Shown here: one piece after another, positions 8,730 to 17,229 of the stretch
How the letters are laid out: each line of letters opens with the position of its first letter
Position numbering within the stretch: the stretch's first letter is position 1
Source of the DNA: an uncultured Gemmatimonadales bacterium
GTDB taxonomy: Bacteria; Gemmatimonadota; Gemmatimonadetes; Gemmatimonadales; GWC2-71-9
Direction: 5' to 3'
Assembly (NCBI GenBank): GCA_963779755.1
Contig: CAVZZO010000001.1
Coordinates: forward strand, 672,001 to 736,000
DNA: 64,000 nucleotides
Notes under the pieces: model-generated
The model's database searches: none
What the model was told of the DNA's origin: nothing
Seen by the model: only the letters and a program-made list of their open reading frames with translations
Translations under genes and position numbers: made by a program

Positions 8730-8842
8730 CAGTAACAGAGATGTGGATTTCGCGGTCGGTCGTCCGATGGTCCCGGCTCATCTCGCGCCGCGCCTTTGGG
8801 AGCGGAGCCCAAGCGCCCCGCCGGTGCAAGCAGCTGTTAGAC
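8730..8842 (-). other. Terminal attC of array A
   Basis: R'' GTCTAAC-AGCTG-CTTGCACC; R' GTTACTG (only GTTA canonical). Confidence 0.7.
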
Positions 8843-8855
8843 GGACCGCACGATC

Positions 8856-9146
8856 CTATTCCACGGGGCCGATGCTCGCCCGACGCCCATGGATCACAGC
8901 CAACACGGTCACGACGTCGGCTTGTGGCCGATAGATGATGCGATAGGATAGCTCGAGCAGCTCGCGAAGATCAGAATTGGAGCGTTCGGGAACTGGTCGG
9001 CCGACATTGGGAAAGTCTCGCAGTTGACCGGCCCGGCGGACGAGTCGGTGCACTGTGAGGTTGGCATATAGAGGAGAGGTCAGGGCAATGTAGGCCCGAA
9101 TGGCCTCCAGATGGGCTTGGGCCGTCTCAGTCCAGAGGAGCCTCAC
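8856..9146 (-). CDS. RelE/ParE family toxin
   Basis: WTETAQAHLEAIRAYI...FPNVGRPVPE...LRELLELSYRIIY...LAVIHGRR. Confidence 0.92.
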   Translation of the reverse strand: MRLLWTETAQAHLEAIRAYIALTSPLYANLTVHRLVRRAGQLRDFPNVGRPVPERSNSDLRELLELSYRIIYRPQADVVTVLAVIHGRRASIGPVE

Positions 9147-9331
9147 GCCGGGAGACTAAACCGTTTCGCAACGTCCTCATGGGAAATCACTCGCCCGGCT
9201 TCGGCATCGGCCAGGCCGCTATCAATGGCCTGCTGAACGTGAATCTCGTAGAGCAGGTCGTCCCACGAGGCTTGCTCGGCCATTCGTTCTACGATCTGGC
9301 GAGCGCGTTGCTTGATATCGGGAGCTGACAT
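9143..9331 (-). CDS. Antitoxin of the RelE/ParE pair
   Basis: SWDDLLYEIHV...GLADAEAGRVISHEDV; 4-bp overlap with the toxin. Confidence 0.88.
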   Translation of the reverse strand: MSAPDIKQRARQIVERMAEQASWDDLLYEIHVQQAIDSGLADAEAGRVISHEDVAKRFSLPA

Positions 9332-9396
9332 GAATCCCTCCGGGGTGCCTGAAATATGGCGTCCTTCAGGCCTGATGCCAAATCCGAGGGCGGGCC

Positions 9397-9495
9397 GCCT
9401 AACGGTTGGCGGTTGAGCGGTGATCCGCGCTCACAATATGCCAGCCATCCGACTGGTGCGCGGGCGCGGTTGACCGCTCCAAGCGCGTGTTAGGC
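9397..9495 (-). other. attC site (99 bp)
   Basis: GCCTAAC-ACGCG-CTTGGAGC...GCTCAAC-CGCCAACC-GTTAGGC. Confidence 0.9.
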
Positions 9496-9523
9496 GGCGC
9501 GCACTGGCCGACAAGCACACAAC

Positions 9524-9901
9524 CTACCGAGCTGAGCCGTCTAGGCACGCTTGCAGCGGCGGTTCAGGTGATCCGAAGGCGATGCGAGCCCGCACATATT
9601 CGCGGTCCAAGAGGGTCGCTACCTCCAGCGTGGTTGAAGCCGTACTGCGAAGATCTGCTATGGAAGGGTCGAGACGATAGTTGACTCGCTGTCGCGCGGC
9701 TGTCAACACGGATCTTACTTGGGTGAGGATGCCAGTGACCGTGTCTCGAACTGGCACGAAGGGGACGGAGACTTCCGCAAGGCGGAAATGCGTGATGTGG
9801 AGGTCCGCTCTTGGTAGAAAGAACTCGATCACAGCGCTCATGGTTGACGCCGTTACGGATGTCAGCTTGGATAGGTCTCTCTTGCCAAACAAGCTATCCA
9901 T
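9524..9901 (-). CDS. Hypothetical protein or frameshifted C-terminus of the upstream protease
   Basis: 125-aa ORF overlapping the protease 3' end, ending before attC. Confidence 0.5.
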   Translation of the reverse strand: MDSLFGKRDLSKLTSVTASTMSAVIEFFLPRADLHITHFRLAEVSVPFVPVRDTVTGILTQVRSVLTAARQRVNYRLDPSIADLRSTASTTLEVATLLDREYVRARIAFGSPEPPLQACLDGSAR

Positions 9902-10749
9902 GAGGTGTCGCGAGTTGTCGAGGAGGTATGCGGCGGAGCAGAGATCCCTCCGGGCACTATCTGCCTGAGCAACGCGACGCGATCCTCGGGCTGCGCTGGG
10001 TGCAGCGTTAGCGATGACTGCGGGCGTGATGCGTTCGCGAAGACCTCAGCGAGGGAACGGGAACTGACAGTGCTGTCCAGAAGTGCAGTGGCATACCGTA
10101 CTGGGACGGCAAAATTCAGCGCTTGGCCGCCCTGGAGGTAGGCCGTCGAGATCGCAATGACCGCCCCAGAATCGTTGAGGACAGGGCCGCCGCTCGAGCC
10201 CGGGCTTATCGGCGCGGATATCTGCAGTAGCTGGCGGCCTTCGACCACGCGATGTGCGCTGACAATCCCGTCCGTGACTGTTTGTGATAGACCGAGAGGG
10301 CTGCCAATAGCAACGATACGGCTGCCCACGGGAGGAAGCGTGGTGCTGGTGGATAACGTCGGCAGACTGGCTCCACGGATCCTGATAATCGCTACATCTG
10401 CGGTTGGATCAGCAGCGAGTGCGGTGACGTTGCTGAAACGCTCGCCTGTTGCCAGAAGGACGGCAGCCGATGTGGCACCAGCCATGACATGATAGTTGGT
10501 GACGACCACTCCATCCGGGACTATAATGAAACCGCTCCCTTGTCCTACTGTGTCACCTCGCGCATCAACAGCGAGGATTGTAACTGTGGCCGGAATGGCG
10601 CGCTTCGCAAGTTGGACGGTAGTTAGAGGGCGCTGGGCTGCTGCCATGGCGCTATAGGCGACAAGGCCGACGAGCACCGCAGTCGTTCTGATCGCTGCTT
10701 GCAAGTATGAACTCCGAAGCGGGTAGGCGCCACTCGGTAGTTGAGGCAA
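9862..10749 (-). CDS. Trypsin-like (S1C/HtrA-type) serine protease; start uncertain
   Basis: GSGFII, VTNYHV, DVAII, ISPGSSGGP catalytic motifs. Confidence 0.88.
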   Translation of the reverse strand: MPQLPSGAYPLRSSYLQAAIRTTAVLVGLVAYSAMAAAQRPLTTVQLAKRAIPATVTILAVDARGDTVGQGSGFIIVPDGVVVTNYHVMAGATSAAVLLATGERFSNVTALAADPTADVAIIRIRGASLPTLSTSTTLPPVGSRIVAIGSPLGLSQTVTDGIVSAHRVVEGRQLLQISAPISPGSSGGPVLNDSGAVIAISTAYLQGGQALNFAVPVRYATALLDSTVSSRSLAEVFANASRPQSSLTLHPAQPEDRVALLRQIVPGGISAPPHTSSTTRDTSWIACLARETYPS

Positions 10750-10779
10750 CGCCGCGTGGCATCGGGGCCAGAGCGAGTA

Positions 10780-11061
10780 TCAAATGCAGGAGAACACATG
10801 TTCCTCTCGAAAATCAATAGCAGATCCTGCAGTGAGCCCTTTGAAGTCAGCGGCGTTCCAGTCTTCGAAGCCAATTATGGTGCCGGAGATCGCTCCTCCG
10901 AGAACACGCACTACTTGAACGACGAGGATAACCCGCCCGTCCCGAAGGGAGACTTGGGCACCAACACGGATGGTCGAAGGGACTGCCGTACCGGGAGCCT
11001 GAAAGCCCCCGAACACGATAGATCTGTCTGCACGGGTGGCGAGTGCAAGCGGTTCATTCAT
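10780..11061 (-). CDS. Hypothetical protein (cassette gene)
   Basis: 93-aa ORF MNEPLAL...HVFSCI. Confidence 0.6.
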   Translation of the reverse strand: MNEPLALATRADRSIVFGGFQAPGTAVPSTIRVGAQVSLRDGRVILVVQVVRVLGGAISGTIIGFEDWNAADFKGLTAGSAIDFREEHVFSCI

Positions 11062-11306
11062 GGGTCGCTTCGACTCCGAAGACTTTAGAATGCGGCTGAA
11101 TGCGATTTGGCACAATGCGGCTACTTGGCACCGGTACCCGACTGGGCTGTGAACCGGCGCGCGAGCTTCAAGTCCTTGTGCGCTTTATGCTTGCGTGTGA
11201 TCTTGTGATTCCTTGCTCGGGCAATGCGGCAAAAAAGAGGCCGGAGGCCGTGCGCGCATTTGCCGCGCGGTGTTGGGTGACTGCGTTTCGTACGAAAGGC
11301 CGCGCC

Positions 11307-11410
11307 GCCTAACGAAATGCGTTTCAGCCGCGAAGGCGCGGCCCTAGCGCCCGGAGGGCTTTTTTGAGCGGGTGCGCCGCGCCTTCGCCGTCTGCAAACG
11401 CTTGTTAGGC
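11307..11410 (-). other. attC site (104 bp)
   Basis: GCCTAAC-AAGCG-TTTGCAGA...GCTGAAA-CGCATTTC-GTTAGGC. Confidence 0.9.
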
Positions 11411-11709
11411 CTCCCGGCCAGCCGGCTCCGGCGACGTTCGGTCTCGACCCGATCGGCAAGGTACACCTTGAGCAGACTCTGATAGGGGACATCCCGCTCG
11501 TTGGCGAGCAACTTGAGCTCGGTAAGCAGGGTATCGGGCAGCCGGACCGAAATGGCTGTGGACGAAGGCCGGAGATGGGGAAAGCGCATCACCCGTGCCT
11601 TCGACCAATCCACATATTCGGTCGAGTCATGCGTGGCCCAGAAGTCGCGCTCCTCGTCCTCAGTCCGGAAGGTCGGGATGTTCTTCAATGCTCGCTTGGG
11701 CTTGGGCAT
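11344..11709 (-). CDS. BrnA-like antitoxin (RHH/CopG), C-terminus reads into attC
   Basis: IPTFRTEDEERDFWATHDSTEY...AISVRLP...DVPYQSLLK. Confidence 0.88.
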   Translation of the reverse strand: MPKPKRALKNIPTFRTEDEERDFWATHDSTEYVDWSKARVMRFPHLRPSSTAISVRLPDTLLTELKLLANERDVPYQSLLKVYLADRVETERRRSRLAGRPNKRLQTAKARRTRSKKPSGR

Positions 11710-12013
11710 ACTGGTGCCGCTCCTTCCGATTCATGTCCCGGGCCGCGATCACGCGAATCAGAGATCCGCGCACCGTGAAGACGAGGTAGAGCCTCCGGTT
11801 CGCGAGGGTCCGGCCGAGCGCTTGCCACCGGAGCTCGGTGCCGGAGTGCTTCGCATCGAATGCGGCGACCAGAGGTTCCTGAAAGAACGCCTGTTCGCAC
11901 TCCCCCGGCTCCACGTTGTGGCGCGCCAGCACTTTGGGCGCGTTGCCGGCGTCCCATTCAAAGCCGGTGCAGCGGCCCAGAATCGCGTAGGCGTCCGGCG
12001 GCTCTCCCGTCAC
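11660..12013 (-). CDS. BrnT family toxin
   Basis: FEWDAGNAPK...H..ECEQAF...RWQALGRT...VFTVRG..IRVIAAR. Confidence 0.92.
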   Translation of the reverse strand: MTGEPPDAYAILGRCTGFEWDAGNAPKVLARHNVEPGECEQAFFQEPLVAAFDAKHSGTELRWQALGRTLANRRLYLVFTVRGSLIRVIAARDMNRKERHQYAQAQASIEEHPDLPD

Positions 12014-12019
12014 TCAGGA

Positions 12020-12048
12020 AGTATATGTGGGGTATATACGCCAGTCAA
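12020..12048 (-). promoter_or_regulatory. Sigma70 promoter of the BrnT/BrnA cassette
   Basis: TTGACT-17 bp-TATACT, 6 nt before the GTG (leaderless); GTATATAC palindrome in the spacer. Confidence 0.8.
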
Positions 12049-12071
12049 CCGGTAGGCTCCGCCATCCGGAG

Positions 12072-12203
12072 GCCTAACGAAGTGCGCGTCAGCTGCAGCG
12101 CGATGCTTTAGGTCTTCACAAACTACGCTTCCTTAGCCGCGCCGCTAGGAACTCCGGATGATGCGACCGGCCCGCGCGACTGGCCTGCCAGCTGGACGCG
12201 CTC
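12072..12203 (-). other. attC lacking its R'' box (R'' displaced to 14789-14795)
   Basis: GAGCG-CGTCCAGC...GCTGACG-CGCACTTC-GTTAGGC; homologous to the attC at 16001-16140. Confidence 0.85.
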
Positions 12204-12658
12204 ATGTACGCGGATCCTTTCGGGCTGCTTGCCCAGGATTGTTGTATCGAAACGGGGGATTGGCGAAAGGATAACCTGCTTCACCCTGCTGTTACAGCGG
12301 CAAGAGAGACAACCCGATGCTGGGAGTAGCTGTGGGTCTCCTGGCCGTTGCAGGTGGGGCCGAACTGGCTGCTCCCAGGTTATTTGCCGCGGCCACCGCT
12401 GCTCTTCCTAAGGTACCGTTTGAGAAATTCCAGGACTGGGGACGAAATGTTGTCCAATGGGGCCGTGGGGCAGCGGGGGCAATTCAGCGGGTTTCTGAAG
12501 TGACGGCCGAGCAGGCCTCTAAATTGGATCCACAGAAAGTGAAGATGGCTCGCGACTTCTACCAGAAAGCTGTTGATGCTGGCCGAGGGGGAGCCGCCGC
12601 ACCTGAACGAGTAAAGCTGATGGAACGCATTTTAGACCTGCAGCAGAGAACCCATTAG
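12204..12658 (+). CDS. Orphan Rhs C-terminal toxin tip (DUF4951-like), one apparent frameshift
   Basis: Starts MYADPFGL (Rhs DPxGL); removing 2 nt in the GA repeat at ~12305 joins ORF 12317-12658 (WGRG..GA..R...RDFY...ER..LM.RI). Confidence 0.65.
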
Positions 12659-12705
12659 TGGCTCGGTCCGGTCTATTCGAGCATTGCAACACGGAGGAAG
12701 AGCCA

Positions 12706-12953
12706 TGCTGGAAGCAGCGGTCACACTTCGGCTTACGAATAGATGCGAAACTGCGCGGAAGCTCGTGATTGAGCCATGGACCACCGAGTTTCGACTGCAA
12801 CCTGGGCACACTTACGACTTGGTGATATCAGGGGACCTTGGCCTCCCCTTAGAGGTTGAGTTCGAGGACGACGAACTAACCGTATACACTTTCGATTCCG
12901 CCAATGCCTCCTTCAAGATTTCCGAAGGCGGGGCTGAACTTAAACCACTGTAG
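12706..12953 (+). CDS. Putative immunity protein
   Basis: 82-aa acidic ORF directly after the toxin tip, GGAGG upstream; its stop codon lies in the IS end. Confidence 0.55.
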
Positions 12954-13437
12954 GAGCCCGGCCCTGTCTAGCCTGGGGCGCTCGGGGCGCCTCCGGGTTG
13001 TCGGGCCTGAACTCCGAGGGGTCGGGTCTAGTAGGAGCCTCGCGGGCTGCCGCGCGTGGCGGACCTCGGCCGGCGGAAAAGGAAAGTGGTGGGGGCCCCA
13101 CGAGTTCAGCGGAACCCATCGGCTCCAGACCTGCCGCGAGCCGGCTCCCTCGTCGGGCGTCATGCGCCCACGGGAGCAGACGGGGTCACCCCACCGGCTC
13201 CAAGGTGCTACCCGGTCCTTCGATTGTCAAAGAGCGCCGCGTTCCGCGTGCCGGCGGGATCCTGGCACCACCCTCATAGGTCGTTGAGGCTCGGGGCCTC
13301 CCACATCTTCATGGATGCTCTCCGATCCGCGGCCGGGCGGCCAGCAACTCTGTGCGCGGAACTCACCGAAGACGCCGGCGGCTCAAGGCAAATAGAGGGC
13401 GGCCCGGCGCGCACGCGCGGCTCCCCCCGGTCTCCGA
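12950..13437 (-). ncRNA. Putative bridge/seek RNA region (exact boundaries unknown)
   Basis: Non-coding end contains the donor-junction 14-mer (13026-13039) and candidate target guides (13277-13283, 13232-13237). Confidence 0.65.
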
Positions 13438-14703
13438 CTATTCGATCACCACCGGCTCTGCGTGATGCCGCTGGGTCTCCCAGCGCTCCCGGTCGAACGG
13501 CTGGCCCGACTGGAGCACGGCCAGGAGGAGCGGCACCAGCTTGCGGGCCACCGCGCAGACCGCCTTGGTCCGGAGCCCGCCATTGCGGGCCAGCAGGGCC
13601 TGGTAGACCCCGGTACAGCCCCCGGGGCTGGCACCAGCGGCCGCCGAGCAGAAAGAGTTGGCGGCGCAGCAACGGCCGGCCCCGTTTGGACTGCTTGCGC
13701 CGGCCCTGCACCGTGCCGCTGGAGCGCTCGACCAGATTCATGCCTGCGAGTTTCAGCACCTGGCGGGGATGAGTGAAGCGCTCCGGAGCGCCCAGCTCGG
13801 CCACGATCGTGGCCGCACAGGTGGCGCTCACCTCGGGAATGGTGGTCAGCGCCTTGGCCGCGGGGCACTGCTCCACCGAGCGCGGCGATCTGCTGGTCCA
13901 CCTCCGCGAGTTGCGCCCGCAGCAGGTCCCAGCGGGCCAGCAGCTGCTGGATCTCCAGCGCCGCTCGGGAGCGGCGCCGGCCAGGGCGACACTGGTGCGG
14001 GCGGACTCGCGCAGGACGTGGAGCTGCCCTGGGCTCACGTGGCCCCGCGAGACGGACCGCGCCAGGCGAGTCACCGCGGCCGGGGCGGCCGCCAGGAAGT
14101 CCTGCGGCAGCGGCCAGCGCGCCAGCAGGGCGCGCGGCGTGGGCTTGCGCACCTGCGAGAAGTGCGTCAGGAACTCGGGCCAGGCCAGGTCGAGCAGGCT
14201 CTGGAGACGGTTCTTGAACCGGGTTTCCTCGACGGTGAGCCGATGACGGTGGGTGGTGAGCAGCCGCAGCTCGAGATACGGGGGCTGCAGCGCCGGATAT
14301 CCCACGAAGATCCCCAGGCTCACCAGCTTGCAGATCTCGGCGGCATCCTTCGCGTCCGTCTTGTTGGGGCTGTTATCCTCCAGTTCCTTGGCCCGCTTGG
14401 TGTGGGCCGGCAGGATATTGACCAGCGCATAGCCGCGCGCCCGCAGGCACTCGGCAAACGTGAAGCCGTGATGGCCGGCGAACTCCAGCCCCACCAGCAT
14501 CTGGCCGGGCCGGATGCCGGGAAACCAGGCCGTCAACTGCGCGCGGCGGCCTCGAAGCCCGCGCGGCTCACCGGCACTCGGACCGGCTTCGTGCGGCGCC
14601 CATCGGGGCCCTGAGCAACCAGCACGTGGACCCGCTTCGCGGTATCCACGCCTACGTGAACGGGGAACGTGCGGGCATAGGCAGACTTTTCGTCGGGGGT
14701 CAT
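13438..14703 (-). CDS. IS110 family recombinase/transposase (about 4 apparent frameshifts)
   Basis: VGVDTAK, VGLEF, NKTDAKDA (DEDD); LTTIPEVS; LAGMNLVERSSG; SKRGRPLLR; AVARKL. Confidence 0.92.
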
Positions 14704-14789
14704 GGCGCGGCTCCGGGTGGAGGGAATCACAGGAGTCGCGGAAGGAGCTACGGGCCGCGCAGCGGCGTCAAGCGGGTATAGATGTCTAG

Positions 14790-15530
14790 TTAGGTAGCAC
14801 CACGAATCAGACGGCGGCCGTGAGGAGTGAGTTCCGCGTGTCTGACGCTCCCAATCTGGTAGTCCCCGGGACCTCCTGTGGTAATGATTCCGAGGTCTTT
14901 CAAGCCGCGCAAGATCAGATCAAGTCGCGCAACCGGGATGCCCGTCACCTCAAGCACCGTGGTCGTGTGAAGTCGGTACTGGTCTGGCGTCAGGGTGCGG
15001 AACTGGGCAAGTACCGCAGCCACCTCGGCGGCCGAGTCCACATCTGGGAGTAGCGACGGAGCAAGGGCGATGTATGTGCCAGGCACGAGGCGCGTTCGCG
15101 CGATTCCGACAGCGTGATTCAAGTCTGGATCAATACGAATGAAGCCGAAATCGCGAAGATCCTCCGCTGCCTCCAAGTACTCATGCGGCGAAACATCCAA
15201 ATCGGTAATGGCATCCTCTGCTTCAGCAAACTGGAACAGCTGGCTGGCCTCGCGATAGAGGCAGTAGGCCAGCAACCGCAGGGGCGTACCAGAAAGGCGG
15301 ACGAATGGAACTTGAATTGCTTCGAGCGCGGTCACGCGCTCTTCGAGACTGCCAACCCGGACACCGAGTTTCGATACCTGCTCATTCGCTACGCCGTAGC
15401 CGCCCAGGGCGGCAAGACGCGCTACCAAGGACGCCACGCCCGAAATCGGCTCGACAACCAAGGCCACGCCAGTGAGTGTCCACGCAGCGATGGTCGGCCA
15501 ATCGAGGCTCGAATCCTTTGCTGAGGTCAT
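14790..15530 (-). CDS. Hypothetical protein (hydrophobic N-terminus, possible winged-helix domains)
   Basis: MTSAKDSS... 246 aa, GAGG RBS, stop inside R'' ACCTAAC. Confidence 0.8.
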   Translation of the reverse strand: MTSAKDSSLDWPTIAAWTLTGVALVVEPISGVASLVARLAALGGYGVANEQVSKLGVRVGSLEERVTALEAIQVPFVRLSGTPLRLLAYCLYREASQLFQFAEAEDAITDLDVSPHEYLEAAEDLRDFGFIRIDPDLNHAVGIARTRLVPGTYIALAPSLLPDVDSAAEVAAVLAQFRTLTPDQYRLHTTTVLEVTGIPVARLDLILRGLKDLGIITTGGPGDYQIGSVRHAELTPHGRRLIRGAT

Positions 15531-15545
15531 CCCGCCTCGTAGTGC

Positions 15546-15685
15546 TACTAACGAAGTGCGTTTCAGCGGCGGCGCGATGCCCCGCTCCCTCACATCCGAC
15601 GCTTCCTTACCGCGACCGCTAGATGTCCCAGAAATGCACCAGCGGGCTGCAGCACCGTGCCCGCCGCTGCAAACGCTTGTTAGCT
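15546..15685 (-). other. attC site (140 bp)
   Basis: AGCTAAC-AAGCG-TTTGCAGC...GCTGAAA-CGCACTTC-GTTAGTA. Confidence 0.9.
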
Positions 15686-16000
15686 GCCGGCCGCAATGAC
15701 AATTTCGGGTGCGATGACGCTGCCGGTATGTGCGGAGCCCCCGCGCCGGGAGACCGGGCCGCCAACCGGGAGCCTCGGCGGGGCGGGAGAACGCTGGACG
15801 CCTCCGAACCTGCTCGGCGCACCTTCCTTGCCATGGAGCGCCCCGCGGAGAGAAACCTTGGGCGGCATCGCGGAGCCTTCCAGGCGTCCCGCGCAAGGAG
15901 GCCGGTGCCGCCTCACCGCTACCAACCAACTGCAGAGTTCCGGCGGCACCACCAGGCGCCCACCAAGAGATCAGCACTGGGCGGCCCGACTGGCGCGTGC
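15686..16000 (-). other. Gene-less cassette body, diverged copy
   Basis: Homologous to 17950-18262 with frame-breaking indels. Confidence 0.75.
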
Positions 16001-16140
16001 AGCTAACGAAGTGCGCGTGTGCTGCAGCGCGATCCCTCAGGATTTCACAAACCTACGCTTCCACAGCCGCACCGCTAGGAGGCCCGAGTGGGGGCCGGCG
16101 GCCCGCGCGACCGGCCTGCAGAACGACGCGCTTGTTAGGC
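16001..16140 (-). other. attC site (140 bp)
   Basis: GCCTAAC-AAGCG-CGTCG...CGCACTTC-GTTAGCT. Confidence 0.85.
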
Positions 16141-17228
16141 CCCGCGGATTCATATACTAAGTGCAACAACGGAAGGCGACGAAAGCGGTGATCTGACAGC
16201 AAGTAGACTTCTCTGTCCGCCAAGACAAGGAAGCCGACCATGAACTACCGCCAGATCACCGCCGCTGAACGGTACACCCTCGGCCTGCTTCGCCGACAGG
16301 GGCTGACGGCGGCAGCCATCGCGCGCCTCCTCGGTCGCCACCGCAGCACCATCGGCCGCGAGGTCCGGCGCAACCGCACCCACCACGACGGGGGCTACCG
16401 CCCCCAGCTCGCCGACTGGTACGCGCGGGGCCGGCGGAGCCACTCGCGCCGCAACACCCGGTTCACCGCCACGGATTGGGCGGAGGTGGAACGCCTGGTG
16501 CGCGAGGACTGGAGCCCCGAACAGATCGCCGGCCGCCTCGCCGCGGACGGACACCTCGCCATCAGTCACGAGACGATCTATCGGTACGTCTGGGCGGACC
16601 GCGCGGACGGCGGCACGCTCTACCAGCACCTCCGCGGCGCCCGCAAGCAGCGCCGCAAACGGTACGGGCGCTACGACAGCCGGGGCCGCCTGGCCGGGAA
16701 GCGGATGATCACGGAGCGGCCTGCGATCATCGAAGGCCGCAGCCAGGTCGGTCACTGGGAAGGCGACACCGTCCTCGGCGCGGGACAGGCCGGCCCCTGC
16801 GTGCTGACGCTGGTGGAACGGAAGACCGGCTATCTGATGCTCGGCCAACTCCACCAGCGGACGACCACCGCCGTCACGCGCCGGGCGACCCAGCTGATTC
16901 ATCGGGAAGCTCGCCCGGTGCGCACCATCACCGTGGACAACGGCACCGAGTTCCATGACTACGCGGCGATCGAACGGGAGACCGCCACGCGCTTCTACTT
17001 CGCCACGCCGCACCACAGCTGGGAGCGCGGAACCAACGAGAACACCAACGGCCTGCTGCGGCAGTACCTCCCGAAAGGCCACTCTATGGCGCACCTCACC
17101 CAGGCCGCGTGTGATCGCCTCGCCCGCAAACTCAACCGCCGACCCCGGAAGCGCCTCCTCTACCGCACCCCGGAGGAATGCTATGCACGATGAGGCTCAG
17201 TGTTGCACTACAAACTTGATATCAGACG
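16141..17228 (+). mobile_element. IS30 family insertion sequence
   Basis: Imperfect IRs ...TCATATACTAAGTGCAACA / TCAAGTTTGTAGTGCAACA; GC (or GGC) direct repeat. Confidence 0.88.
16240..17193 (+). CDS. IS30 family transposase
   Basis: WSPEQIAG, ISHETIY, GHWEGD, TVDNGTEF, WERGTNENTNGLLRQYLPKG. Confidence 0.97.
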   Translation: MNYRQITAAERYTLGLLRRQGLTAAAIARLLGRHRSTIGREVRRNRTHHDGGYRPQLADWYARGRRSHSRRNTRFTATDWAEVERLVREDWSPEQIAGRLAADGHLAISHETIYRYVWADRADGGTLYQHLRGARKQRRKRYGRYDSRGRLAGKRMITERPAIIEGRSQVGHWEGDTVLGAGQAGPCVLTLVERKTGYLMLGQLHQRTTTAVTRRATQLIHREARPVRTITVDNGTEFHDYAAIERETATRFYFATPHHSWERGTNENTNGLLRQYLPKGHSMAHLTQAACDRLARKLNRRPRKRLLYRTPEECYAR

Positions 17229-17229
17229 G

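Larger units (their letters stand above)
12950..14788 (-). mobile_element. IS110/IS1111-type insertion sequence inserted in attC
   Basis: Left end TAGACATC follows ACCTAAC; right end ...GGCTCCTAC; DEDD recombinase plus ~490-nt 3' non-coding end. Confidence 0.88.

Noticed and set aside
12950..12970. TAGACA as the -35 of a circle-junction promoter
   Set aside because: No acceptable -10 at 16-18 nt after joining to the left end.
14790..15977. 395-aa ORF reading through a gene-less cassette and attC
   Set aside because: The frame is not conserved in the sister cassettes; the real start with an RBS is at 15530.
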